This document shows, piece after piece, positions 8,924-17,737 of a stretch of DNA of 64,000 bases (position 1 is the first letter of the stretch; every line of letters begins with the position of its first letter). Where the stretch lies: IMG/VR virus record IMGVR_UViG_3300028840_001395, positions 124,001-188,000 of that record. One strand, written 5' to 3'. The notes under the pieces are model-generated. The model searched no databases. It was not told where the DNA came from and saw only the letters and a program-made list of their open reading frames with translations. Both the position numbers and the translations under genes were made by a program.

Positions 8924-10000
8924 TCACTCGGGCACCTGGGGAAGCTCATCGGTCAGGAAGCCCGCCTTGACCAGTTCCGCTCGCGTCCCCAGCATCGGGA
9001 TGTTCGGGTTCGCCTTGTGTCTCGTCTGCGCCTCGGCCCGGCGGGCAGCCTTGAGGAAGTCCAGCACGAACGCCTTGGGCACCGGCTGCCAGAGGGCGCT
9101 CTTCACCGCGAAGCCTTCGAGGGACTTCCAATCCGGCTCCGTGAAATCGAACAGCACCTTGTCCACCTGGACGAGGCTGCTGTAGCGCACATCGTAGTAG
9201 GGGATCTCCACATCGAGGAACCGGCTCACCCGCTCGATGGTGCCGATACGCATGATGTCGCCCGTGTCCGGGTTGATGCGCCCGTAGGTGAAGGGCATCC
9301 CGAGCCAGTCGAGAAGCTCCTTCTCGTCCGAGTGCCCATCCCCGGTCCCCCACAGGTCGGGCGACGGGGTGGCCTCGATGATGGGCCGGACGACATCGTA
9401 GATGCCCAGCTTGTTGCCCAGGTAGAAGGCAAGCTGGTACACCTCGGTCTTGCTCAGCATGGCGAGCGGATTGGTGTCCACCTCGCCGTCGCCGCCCTTC
9501 TGGTAGAAGCGCAGCCAGCGATCCTCGCACTCGTTGCCGGTCCCGTGCCGGATGCCCCCGCCCATGATGCGGTTGTAGGCACGACCGATGGGTGCCCGCA
9601 GGGTCGAGCGGATGCTTCCGAGGATGGTCGGGTCGGCATCCATGCGTTCCTTGATCTCGGTGCCGATGTCGGTGCCGAAGTGGGCGTCCACGAGCGACGT
9701 GATCACCTCGTCACGGACGTTGTTGAAGATGTCGTTGAAGTGTCCGATGGCCAGAGGCACCTGGAGAGCCTCGCACAGCTCCCGCGCACGGTCGGTCTGC
9801 TGGAAGCTCGTGTGGATGATGGTGTGGTCGAAGATGCAGTTCTCCGGCCCCAGCGCCTTCACGAGCAACATCGTCATCACGGCGGAGTCGATGCCCCCGG
9901 AGATGTCGAGCTGCGCCTTCGGAACCCCGAACTCGTCGTGATACTCACGGATGGACTGCATCCGGTCACGAGCGAGTCCCTTGGCATCAATGACAGGCAT
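8924..10000 (-). CDS. nadE: NH3-dependent NAD+ synthetase (single domain, no glutaminase)
   Basis: ISGGIDSAV ATP-PPase loop, GTGNECED, YQKGGDG, PLAMLSKTEVYQLA, PSPDLW; ATG at 10000 overlaps the pncB stop (TGATG). Confidence 0.9.
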   Translation of the reverse strand: MPVIDAKGLARDRMQSIREYHDEFGVPKAQLDISGGIDSAVMTMLLVKALGPENCIFDHTIIHTSFQQTDRARELCEALQVPLAIGHFNDIFNNVRDEVITSLVDAHFGTDIGTEIKERMDADPTILGSIRSTLRAPIGRAYNRIMGGGIRHGTGNECEDRWLRFYQKGGDGEVDTNPLAMLSKTEVYQLAFYLGNKLGIYDVVRPIIEATPSPDLWGTGDGHSDEKELLDWLGMPFTYGRINPDTGDIMRIGTIERVSRFLDVEIPYYDVRYSSLVQVDKVLFDFTEPDWKSLEGFAVKSALWQPVPKAFVLDFLKAARRAEAQTRHKANPNIPMLGTRAELVKAGFLTDELPQVPE

Positions 10001-11466
10001 CACATACCTCCCCGGACACGCGCCCACTGCTCCTTGATCATGGCCTTCAGCGCCCTCGTGTGTTCCGACACCTCGGGCTTCACGGTGTCCGTGTGGGTCA
10101 GCCGGTGGAAGCCCTTCGGCTCGGACTCCCACTCCTGGCCGACGACGCTGCGCTTGCCATCCTCACTGCGGAAGATCACGGGCTTGCCGGGCAAGGACAT
10201 CTTGCCCTCGACGGCGAACTTCATCACGTCGCGCTCGCCCGTCCGGCACAGCTTGTAGACCGCCGACACGGCGTTCCGGGTGAACTTGTGCGGGGAGGGG
10301 TCGCAGACGAGGAAGCCGCCAGAGCCGTAGCCCGACTGCTCGGGAGTGATGCCCAGCGACTCGCAGAGCACCTCCTGCGCTCGCGCCTTGAGGACGTTGA
10401 TTCCGTCCATGAACATGTAGAAGGGATTGACGTGTTCCTCGGCCTCGGCCTGGACGTACTCGCGGAGCTGAGCCTCCTGGTCGCCCGAGTCGAAGCGGAC
10501 ACCGTGCTGGATGTCCGGGCGTTCCTTCATCGCCTGGACGGCGGCGGGGATGCCGACCTCCATCGCGTCGAAGGTGTCGAACAGGTAGGAGGGCCGCTGC
10601 GGGCGCATGTCCCGGATGGCCCGGAAGGCGTCCAGGTCGTTGCCCCACCGCTGCTGATGCTCGTGGCCCGTGGTGCCGACCGGCACCATCCCCATCTGCT
10701 TCGCGCCCCAGACGTTCGATGTCCGGGTGATGCCCGCCTCCTTGCAGGCGGACAGGGCGATCTCGTGCATCTGGAGGCAGGTCGCGCCTCGCATCCCGAC
10801 CTCGAAGATGCGGTCGCCGCCGACGATGTTGACCAGCCCCTTGGCGTTGTGGAGCACCTTCATGAAGTAGTCGTCCTGCTGGACGGTGATGTCCCGGTCA
10901 TCCTCGCGCTCGATGGCCTCGCAGGTGAGCCGGACGATCTCGGCCTCATCCTCGCAGGTGCAGCGGAACTCACGGGTGTCGTTGGTCAGCACCTCGGTTG
11001 CGATCTGGATGGGGAAGTGCAGGGCGATGGCCAGCGGCTCCAGCCACGACACCAGGAACGAGGGGCCGGTGATGGTGGCGATGGGTTCCCGTGCCATGAC
11101 CCAGGTGCCAGGAGGCGCACAGGTGACCTCGATGTCCTGCTTGAGCGCGACCTCCATCGACTGCGACATGCCGTAGCCGAACATCCGGAGGTAGTCGTTC
11201 TCACCGGGCCAGATCTCGTCCGGCAGCAGCTCGCGGATGAGCAGGTTGAGGTCGAAGGGGATGTAGTGGGTGCCACGTCGGAAGGACAGGTAGAACGTCT
11301 CGCGCCGGAGGGGGAAGCCCGCCTGGGCCATCGAGAACTTGTAGCCGTCCGACATCAGCACGGACGGATCCTTGCCGTTGAGCATCCGCCCGGCGACATC
11401 GAACTCGATGCACTGGTCGGTTCCGACCCTCGCCAGTCTGCTCTGTCTCTTTGCTCTCTCGTTCAC
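10000..11466 (-). CDS. pncB: Nicotinate phosphoribosyltransferase
   Basis: DGYKFSM, EVGMRG, TSNV, GTTGHE, DTFD, GVRFDSGD, VYKL, K..LPGK; adjacent pncA/nadE favour a nicotinate (not nicotinamide) PRTase. Confidence 0.85.
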   Translation of the reverse strand: MNERAKRQSRLARVGTDQCIEFDVAGRMLNGKDPSVLMSDGYKFSMAQAGFPLRRETFYLSFRRGTHYIPFDLNLLIRELLPDEIWPGENDYLRMFGYGMSQSMEVALKQDIEVTCAPPGTWVMAREPIATITGPSFLVSWLEPLAIALHFPIQIATEVLTNDTREFRCTCEDEAEIVRLTCEAIEREDDRDITVQQDDYFMKVLHNAKGLVNIVGGDRIFEVGMRGATCLQMHEIALSACKEAGITRTSNVWGAKQMGMVPVGTTGHEHQQRWGNDLDAFRAIRDMRPQRPSYLFDTFDAMEVGIPAAVQAMKERPDIQHGVRFDSGDQEAQLREYVQAEAEEHVNPFYMFMDGINVLKARAQEVLCESLGITPEQSGYGSGGFLVCDPSPHKFTRNAVSAVYKLCRTGERDVMKFAVEGKMSLPGKPVIFRSEDGKRSVVGQEWESEPKGFHRLTHTDTVKPEVSEHTRALKAMIKEQWARVRGGM

Positions 11467-11468
11467 CT

Positions 11469-11511
11469 TTAGTGTCCCTCCGACACCTTTATAGTGTCAC
11501 CCGCACACTTT
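11469..11511. promoter_or_regulatory. Two tandem NrtR-box-like palindromes
   Basis: ttaGTGTC-cctcc-GACACctt (11469-11489) and ataGTGTC-acccg-CACACttt (11491-11511); each has a GT-N7-AC core; centres 22 bp apart. Confidence 0.7.
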
Positions 11512-11516
11512 GTCAA
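11488..11516 (-). promoter_or_regulatory. Host sigma70-type promoter of the pncB operon
   Basis: TTGACA-N17-TATAAA on the minus strand. Confidence 0.8.
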
Positions 11517-11534
11517 GCACTTTCTTCGTGCCAC

Positions 11535-11566
11535 CTAGACTACTCTCGCGGGAACACAGATAAGCC
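11535..11566 (-). promoter_or_regulatory. Class I bipartite phage promoter motif
   Basis: GGCTTAT-N14-GAGTAGTCTAG. Confidence 0.75.
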
Positions 11567-12172
11567 TGAAATTCCCGGCTCCCCTCCCATCCTCGGAGGG
11601 TCAGGCAATCCGTTGTGTTTCCAGATGAGTCGCATCAGTCGATCCTCGGCGTCCGCGACAACGGCCCAGGTCATGGCCACCGAGGACACCCCCTCTTTCT
11701 GGACGACTGCGGTGAGGAGCTTCCGGGCGTTCTCCTTCGCGTGACCCTGGAACAGGTTCCACAGGCTGCCATGCTCTCGTCCGGCGTCCATGAGGCGGTT
11801 GTATCGTTCGTGGCCTCGCAGGTAGCCGATGACGTGGACCAGGAGGTAGCGCCGGGGGTTGTCGCTGGGACGCTCGACACCAAGCTCCTTGTAGAGCCAG
11901 GTGAAGTAGAACGAGTGCTGTATCGACACCGTGGCCAGGCCGAGAGGCACCCTCTCGCTGATGAGCCTGTATTGCTCATCGTGAACGTCGCTGATCTGGA
12001 GGCACTGCAACATGAACTCGGGGTACACGCCCCTGATGTTGTTCAGCACCTCCTTCATGTAGATGCACGCTTCGCCCTGACGCTTGAGGTAGGCGTCCAT
12101 GTCGAGATTCTGTGCCCACTCGGGCGGGGACTTGGCGGGGATGTTGAAGTCGAGGTCTTTCATCAGAGGCAT
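11540..12172 (-). CDS. Hypothetical protein (210 aa)
   Basis: Co-oriented, overlaps the end of the CoaB-like gene. Confidence 0.65.
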   Translation of the reverse strand: MPLMKDLDFNIPAKSPPEWAQNLDMDAYLKRQGEACIYMKEVLNNIRGVYPEFMLQCLQISDVHDEQYRLISERVPLGLATVSIQHSFYFTWLYKELGVERPSDNPRRYLLVHVIGYLRGHERYNRLMDAGREHGSLWNLFQGHAKENARKLLTAVVQKEGVSSVAMTWAVVADAEDRLMRLIWKHNGLPDPPRMGGEPGISGLSVFPRE

Positions 12173-13287
12173 TGGATGAACCCATGTCCTTCGATGTTGA
12201 AAACGGGGCCGGGGATGATCCGGTTGTTGTCGCGGACGGTGCCCGGCGGAGCGTGCGGCACAGTCGGCACGTCGGGAAGCTGCTCGTGCAGGTGGAGGAC
12301 GGCCTTGGACTCGTGGGTTTCTCCGACCGCGATGAGCAGCGGGGCGTTGAGCGTGGCCTTGGTGTTGCCCTCAACCAAGATGGTCGAGCCGTGTGTGGCA
12401 CACCCCTCCCACCCCTTCACCAGCACAGCATCCTTGCTGGTGAATCCCACACCCTTCTCCCGAGGGCTGCACAGCCATCCGAACCCCGGCAGCTTGACGG
12501 CGAGGGAACCGAACACTCGATGTTCTCCTTCGATGGGCTTGATGAAGCGGTCGAGGTTCTCCTCCACAATGCGGTCGAACAGGCGGAACCGATCCGGGAA
12601 GTTCTTCTGCGCCTGCTCCATGAGGATGTAGCCCCCGCTCAGTTCCGTCCGGTAGTGCTCGTCCTCGATGACCGCCAGGAGGTCGGCGTAGAAGGCGTTC
12701 CAGTCGTCCTCGTGGGTCACGACCGTCCTGTCCTTGTGGACGAGGTACTTGGTCTTGAGGCCACGGCCCATGTCGTTGGCGATCACCAGGTTGCAGCGAG
12801 CGTTGAGCAGGACGTGGTACGCCGCCTCGATCAGCGCCTCGTGATCCGCGTTGACCAGCATCTTGCAGCCGATGAGGGTCAGCTTCGGGTTGTTGACCTT
12901 CATGTCCTCGATGACCCGAGGGGCGAGGATGAAGGGCACCCGAATGATGTCTCCGGGCTTGTACCCGGCGGTGGGCATCTTGCCCTCGTAGGGTTCGGCG
13001 GGAATCCAGTTGACCACGGCTGCGGCCATGATGGCGGCGTCGTGGGTCTTGGCGAGTTCCAGGGCCTTCATGTGGTACTGCATGAAGCCCTTGTGCCGGA
13101 CGACCTTGATACCCACAGAGGGCTGGTGCTGGAACGTGTCCGCCACCAGGAGCGTGACCTGGTGGCCTCGCCGGACGAGGTAGTGACCGAACTTCACGGC
13201 CCAGATACCCCGGATTCTGTTGCTCACGAGCTTGTTGGCGTCTAGCGACCCGTAGACGGGGCCAGCAGTGATGAGGATCTTCTTCAC
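12163..13287 (-). CDS. CoaB/Dfp-like phosphopantothenate-cysteine-ligase-family domain fused to a class II aldolase-like domain
   Basis: KKILITAGP...SN...G, MAAAV, LIGCK, VIAND (CoaB pattern); C-terminal GSLAVK...VLHLHE...GHG; GTG start overlaps the MTase stop. Confidence 0.65.
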   Translation of the reverse strand: MKKILITAGPVYGSLDANKLVSNRIRGIWAVKFGHYLVRRGHQVTLLVADTFQHQPSVGIKVVRHKGFMQYHMKALELAKTHDAAIMAAAVVNWIPAEPYEGKMPTAGYKPGDIIRVPFILAPRVIEDMKVNNPKLTLIGCKMLVNADHEALIEAAYHVLLNARCNLVIANDMGRGLKTKYLVHKDRTVVTHEDDWNAFYADLLAVIEDEHYRTELSGGYILMEQAQKNFPDRFRLFDRIVEENLDRFIKPIEGEHRVFGSLAVKLPGFGWLCSPREKGVGFTSKDAVLVKGWEGCATHGSTILVEGNTKATLNAPLLIAVGETHESKAVLHLHEQLPDVPTVPHAPPGTVRDNNRIIPGPVFNIEGHGFIQCL

Positions 13288-13946
13288 TTCGCAACCTCCA
13301 GATGCTTCGGCTTGGTGCAGACCCAGCGCAGCCCCCGCCCGTGCTCCTCCAAGAGCACCTTGAATCCCGCCAGGCAGAGGAGGCGGCGGATGTCCTGAGC
13401 CGGGTGATACCGGAAGTGGGTCACGTCCCAGCCCGTCCCCAGCCGCCACTGGAGATGGACGACATGCTCGCCCCAGGCGTAGTGGCACTCGAAGTATCGG
13501 GAATCCCTGAACTTGTAGGACTTCCATGAGTAGGGCCGGGGCTGGATGAACGTGCTGAACACGAACTGACCGCCGGGCTGCAGGACGCGGAAGACCGCCG
13601 GAATGACGAGCGATGGATTGAGGTAGCCCATCGCCTGTCGGCAGACGACCACATCAAAGGTGTCACGCGGGAAGTAGATGGCCAGGTTCTCGGCCCGGCC
13701 CCGGACGGTCTCGATCTCCTTGTGCTTGCAGCGAGGGTTGATATCGAACAGCGTGATGTCTGAGGGATTCTGGCGACCGGCTTCCCAGCCTCGGCAGTGA
13801 GCGGCCAGCGACACGGCTCCCGTTCCCCCGCAGAGGTCGAGCAGCTTGAGGCCCGGCTCGTAGTCCACCAGGTCGAGCAGGTCGTGGGGCTGTTGCAGCC
13901 AGGGGGCGTAGATGTCGGCGTACTTCTCGGTGGTGCAGTTCAGCAA
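13284..13946 (-). CDS. Class I SAM-dependent methyltransferase
   Basis: LLDLCGGTG motif I, FDIN, FDVVVCRQAM, VLQPGG. Confidence 0.85.
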   Translation of the reverse strand: MLNCTTEKYADIYAPWLQQPHDLLDLVDYEPGLKLLDLCGGTGAVSLAAHCRGWEAGRQNPSDITLFDINPRCKHKEIETVRGRAENLAIYFPRDTFDVVVCRQAMGYLNPSLVIPAVFRVLQPGGQFVFSTFIQPRPYSWKSYKFRDSRYFECHYAWGEHVVHLQWRLGTGWDVTHFRYHPAQDIRRLLCLAGFKVLLEEHGRGLRWVCTKPKHLEVAK

Positions 13947-14140
13947 TCGATGACCTCCAGGGCTGCTCGGACGCGCTCGACACGCTCCGGGTTGGAACCC
14001 CCGTCATAGGCGGCAGCGACCAGGGCGGCAGCCCCTCGCAGGAGAACGCGGAAGCCTTCTCCCAGGACTCGATCACCGACCTTGGCGTGGGCCATGATCT
14101 CGCGGACGACTAGGTTGAGGGTCTGACGGGGTTGAGCCAT
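13940..14140 (-). CDS. Hypothetical protein
   Basis: GGAG RBS, co-oriented. Confidence 0.5.
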   Translation of the reverse strand: MAQPRQTLNLVVREIMAHAKVGDRVLGEGFRVLLRGAAALVAAAYDGGSNPERVERVRAALEVIDC

Positions 14141-14196
14141 CTGTCTATCTCCTTCCCCTGCCCGAAGTCGGGCGGGGAGGTCAGCACCAAGTCATG

Positions 14197-14757
14197 CTAC
14201 CCGATCTCCTCCCAGCAGCGCTTGAACTCCTCGAACTCCTCGTCCATGAACAGCATGAAGGTCAGCTCCTGGAGCCGCCACTGCTTGCAGGCGATGATGG
14301 CCTTGACCGTTCTGACGAAGTTCTCGATGGTGCAGCCGAACACCCCGCACGAGATCGCGGGCATCGCCATCGTGCGGAGGTGCATGGCCGAGGCCATGTC
14401 CAGGCAGGCGACGATGGACAGCCCGAGCATCACCTCGGGGGCAGCGAAGTACTTGCCCTCGCCCGGATGAACCGGGGCGCGAGCCGTGGGGCTGTCGGGG
14501 AAGATGGGACCGACCGTGTGGATGATGAAGTTGGCGGGCAGATCGAAACCCGGCGTCACGCGGGCGTCTCCGGTCGGACAGCGGACGTGGATGGACACCT
14601 CGGGGATCTTCTTGCAGCACTCCAGCAGTTCCGACCCGGCAGCCCGGTGGATGCAGCCATCCACTCCCCCGCCGCCCAGGAGAGTCACGTTGGCGGCGTT
14701 GACGATGGCGTCACCCTCGAACTGTGTGATGTCGCCTTGCTCGATCTTGATCTTCAT
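14197..14757 (-). CDS. Macrodomain (ADP-ribose-binding/hydrolase, YmdB-like)
   Basis: GDIT, DAIVNAAN..LLGGGGVDGCIHRAAG, IIHTVGP, AMPAISCGVFG. Confidence 0.93.
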   Translation of the reverse strand: MKIKIEQGDITQFEGDAIVNAANVTLLGGGGVDGCIHRAAGSELLECCKKIPEVSIHVRCPTGDARVTPGFDLPANFIIHTVGPIFPDSPTARAPVHPGEGKYFAAPEVMLGLSIVACLDMASAMHLRTMAMPAISCGVFGCTIENFVRTVKAIIACKQWRLQELTFMLFMDEEFEEFKRCWEEIG

Positions 14758-14771
14758 GTCATTACCTCCAC

Positions 14772-14803
14772 CTAGACTACTCTGCCAGGGTGGAAAGTAA
14801 GCC
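14772..14803 (-). promoter_or_regulatory. Class I bipartite phage promoter motif
   Basis: GGCTTAC-N14-GAGTAGTCTAG followed by a GGAGG RBS and the macrodomain ATG. Confidence 0.8.
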
Positions 14804-17191
14804 CTAGTCGATGGTCAGGCTCCATATCGCGTGCGGGTTGGCCTCCCAGGAGCGGCAGCGCCGGATCTCCCACCAGCCCTCGACCAGCCCCGCGATGTCG
14901 TCGTGCTCCGGGTGGCTCACGGACAGCCCCGTGGGCGCGTAGAGGAAGCCCAGCCGGTTCTTCGGCGTCTTGGCCTCGCTCTCGTAGAGCTTCATCGGCC
15001 CACCCACACCCAGCGGCGAGAAGCGGTGCGACTCGAACTCGATGGACATGGACTCCTGGGGCTCCTTGACCTTGGCCCCCTTCTCCACCGGGTCGTGCGG
15101 GTGCTTGATGAAGATGAGGTCGCCCTGCTGGGCCGACACGTCCGAGGCCGGGATGTTGCCCGCCATGTACTGGTAGCACGCCTCGATCAGCTCGCAGCCC
15201 GGCGTCTTGCGCCCGTTCTTGCTGCGCTGCGGGCGGACGCGGTGGAAGTGGACGCGGGTGCCCGCCGCGAGGCGCTCGAAGATGATGAGGAAGGTGGGGT
15301 AGCCCCGCGCCGTCTCGGTGCCCGTCAGGGTGTAGTAGCACAGCCCGTAGTCGTCGCGCCCGTTGAGCTTGATCTCCAGTTCGTTGACCACGATGCCGCC
15401 GCTCTCCGGGTCGGTGAACCCCTCCTCGAAGAGATGGTAGTGGCGGGCGTAGCACCACTGGGTACGGACGCCGGACACGCTCACGGCCACGTAGGGAACG
15501 GTGACGATGCCGGTCTCGTTGTCCGCGACGGGCGTGAAGGCGGAGCGCCGCTTGGTGGTGCCACCGTCGTCGGCCTCGTCCATTTCCAGTTCCCACTGGC
15601 TCTGGACGAACTTGGGCATCGCGGTCCACTTCCGCTTGCTGTGCTTCTTGAGGTACTTCTCGATGCGGAACAGGAAGGCCAGGTAGGGCGTGATGTCCTT
15701 CTCGTAGGTGCTGCGACCCGAGGCGTTCACGGCGATCTCGTAGATGACCTCGGCCCAGCCCTTGCGCTTGAGGGCCTTCTCCCAGATGGCGAACTCGCGG
15801 TTGACCGGGTTCTTGTCCGGCTGGCGGAACACGTTGGTCGGGATCTCGCCCGCCTCGACGGCCTTGCGGAGCTTGGGGTACTTGGCCTTGTCGATGCCCA
15901 ACGCATCGGCCTGCTTGCCGTTGCTCTTGGCCTTGGCCCAGTCCGCCTTGGCGTCCTGCTCCTGCACCTTCTCCTTCGCGCCCGGCAGTTCCAGGCAGAT
16001 GGCCCGGCGGGACTCGAAGAAGCGACCGTGCTTGTCGATGTCGTGGTGGTAGCCGTCGAAGGCGGGGGTGGTCGGGGCGATCACGTTGCGGGCGTGCTGG
16101 AGAGCCTCGGTCAGCTTGTAGAAGTCGTCACCGATGGCCCGGAGCATCGCAGCCAGCAGGCTGTTGTTCGACCGCTTGTTCACGGTCTTGCCGCCTGACA
16201 GCCACTTGAAGAAGCGCCAGTCGGTGGGTGCCGCGACCCGAAGCTGGTCGATGGAGGGCTTGATCTTCTTCTGCTTGAGCACGGCGGCGAGGCCCTTCAT
16301 GTCCAGCTTCTCGTCCGTGGGCACGACCGCGTTGGAGTCGAAGAACCGCTCCCACCAGGCGTCCTTGCCGTCCGGAAGCTCGCTCCCGGTCAGGTGCCGG
16401 TAGAGCACGCTCAGCGGCTCGCTGTTCAGGGTGTCGTGGCCCCGGTAGTTGCCGGAAGTGAGGCGCATCGTGTGCGGGCCGAGATGCTCCTCCCACTCAT
16501 CCTTGACCCCGTAGAACTCGGACTTGATGGTGATGATGTCGTTCGTGGGGGCGAGGGTGGCGACGCCCACGTCCGGCTGCTTGGTGAGGAACTCGCCCTC
16601 GACCGAAGTGCCGTCCTGGGTGGTCACGCGGATGGTGAGGTAGATGAACGGGGTGTAGCGACCCGTGGCCTCGCGGTAGTTGTCCCTGTTGGTGTAGCGG
16701 TGGCCCCCGTAGCGCCCGTCGAAGGGGGCCGTCCGGATGTAGCCGTGAAGCACGACCTTGGGCTCGCCCTTCTCCTTCTCACCGAAGGGGAGCCTGACCT
16801 TGCGGGGCGAGAGCTTCTCGGTCTGGATGGCCCGCGTCTCGGCCTTGAGCACCTCGATGGTGACGAAGGGTTCCACGGTCTTGTCGGGAACGTGACCGTA
16901 ATCCCGACCCCAGAGGTGCCACTCGTCATTCCCGTAGTGGCCCCCCATGTTGCTCTGGCCGATGAAGACGTGATTCCCCAGGGCCGTGACGGGGATCTTG
17001 ATGCCCTGGCCCAAGTCCACCTCACACCGCTGGAACCGCGAGGTCTTGGGCGGCTTGTCATCGGGGAACTTCTTGTCGAGGAAGTCCTCGACGTTGGGGA
17101 ACCGCCCCGGTTCCTTGAGGAGATCCGGGTAGTTCCGCATCATGTGGATTCTGGTCTTGGTCGGCTCGGTCTGGACTGCGGCTCCGCTCAT
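14804..17191 (-). CDS. Large hypothetical protein (795 aa) with C-terminal QGD...H...HPEH module
   Basis: Strong GC3 bias, AAGGAGG RBS; C-terminal QQGDLIF...ESHRF...VSHPEHDDI...GWWEIRR. Confidence 0.75.
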   Translation of the reverse strand: MSGAAVQTEPTKTRIHMMRNYPDLLKEPGRFPNVEDFLDKKFPDDKPPKTSRFQRCEVDLGQGIKIPVTALGNHVFIGQSNMGGHYGNDEWHLWGRDYGHVPDKTVEPFVTIEVLKAETRAIQTEKLSPRKVRLPFGEKEKGEPKVVLHGYIRTAPFDGRYGGHRYTNRDNYREATGRYTPFIYLTIRVTTQDGTSVEGEFLTKQPDVGVATLAPTNDIITIKSEFYGVKDEWEEHLGPHTMRLTSGNYRGHDTLNSEPLSVLYRHLTGSELPDGKDAWWERFFDSNAVVPTDEKLDMKGLAAVLKQKKIKPSIDQLRVAAPTDWRFFKWLSGGKTVNKRSNNSLLAAMLRAIGDDFYKLTEALQHARNVIAPTTPAFDGYHHDIDKHGRFFESRRAICLELPGAKEKVQEQDAKADWAKAKSNGKQADALGIDKAKYPKLRKAVEAGEIPTNVFRQPDKNPVNREFAIWEKALKRKGWAEVIYEIAVNASGRSTYEKDITPYLAFLFRIEKYLKKHSKRKWTAMPKFVQSQWELEMDEADDGGTTKRRSAFTPVADNETGIVTVPYVAVSVSGVRTQWCYARHYHLFEEGFTDPESGGIVVNELEIKLNGRDDYGLCYYTLTGTETARGYPTFLIIFERLAAGTRVHFHRVRPQRSKNGRKTPGCELIEACYQYMAGNIPASDVSAQQGDLIFIKHPHDPVEKGAKVKEPQESMSIEFESHRFSPLGVGGPMKLYESEAKTPKNRLGFLYAPTGLSVSHPEHDDIAGLVEGWWEIRRCRSWEANPHAIWSLTID

Positions 17192-17213
17192 TGTTCGATC
17201 CTCCTTGGATCCT

Positions 17214-17726
17214 CTACTCTTTGCGGAAGGGATTGGGCCTACCCCGTAGGGCTGTCAGGAACCCCTCGTACCAGACCATCCCCATCGGGCTGTGGGGGTC
17301 GTAGGGGTTGTCCTTTTCGTGGTGCATGTAGATGCCCTGGTCGAGCTTGGGCAGCGGCCACGACACCCCGATGTCTCGGAGCATCTTCATCAGGTGCTTG
17401 TAGCCCTCGATGTAGAACGGTTCCAGATCATCCAACCGTGGACGCACGACAACCTGGTATCCGTCGTTCTCCAGGTGGTAGGTGGTGACGCTGGAGTGCC
17501 CCTTGTGCTGACCGAACGGGACGCCGAAGCCGGACACAAAGCCGATGGTGTCGATCCACCTTTCCAGCTTCTCGCCCTCATGGTTACGGGTGATACGGGC
17601 CTCGTAGTTGACATCGGAGAGGAACTTGAGCATTCGCCAGGCTCCGGTGAGGACGGGAGTGCCGATGGGCATGAATTCCAGGTCGTCAGCGGTTAACGGT
17701 TGGAGGATGACTCGGGGGAGTTCCAT
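17214..17726 (-). CDS. Hypothetical protein (170 aa, MELPRVIL...)
   Basis: 3' part of the track ORF 17214..18362; its upstream part is an off-frame shadow of rIIB. Confidence 0.55.
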   Translation of the reverse strand: MELPRVILQPLTADDLEFMPIGTPVLTGAWRMLKFLSDVNYEARITRNHEGEKLERWIDTIGFVSGFGVPFGQHKGHSSVTTYHLENDGYQVVVRPRLDDLEPFYIEGYKHLMKMLRDIGVSWPLPKLDQGIYMHHEKDNPYDPHSPMGMVWYEGFLTALRGRPNPFRKE

Positions 17727-17737
17727 CGGAGCACCGG

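Noticed and set aside
6407-10258. 1283-aa plus-strand ORF
   Set aside because: Antisense shadow of the GC3-biased pncB/nadE/pncA/vWA/PP2C genes; no motifs of its own. The same applies to 18949..20979, 10060..11472, 14831..16198 and 46562..47989.
10000-11466. Nampt (NARP2-type) assignment
   Set aside because: DGYKFSM resembles nicotinate PRTases, and adjacent nicotinamidase and NadE only make sense for the deamidated route. Not excluded without an assay.
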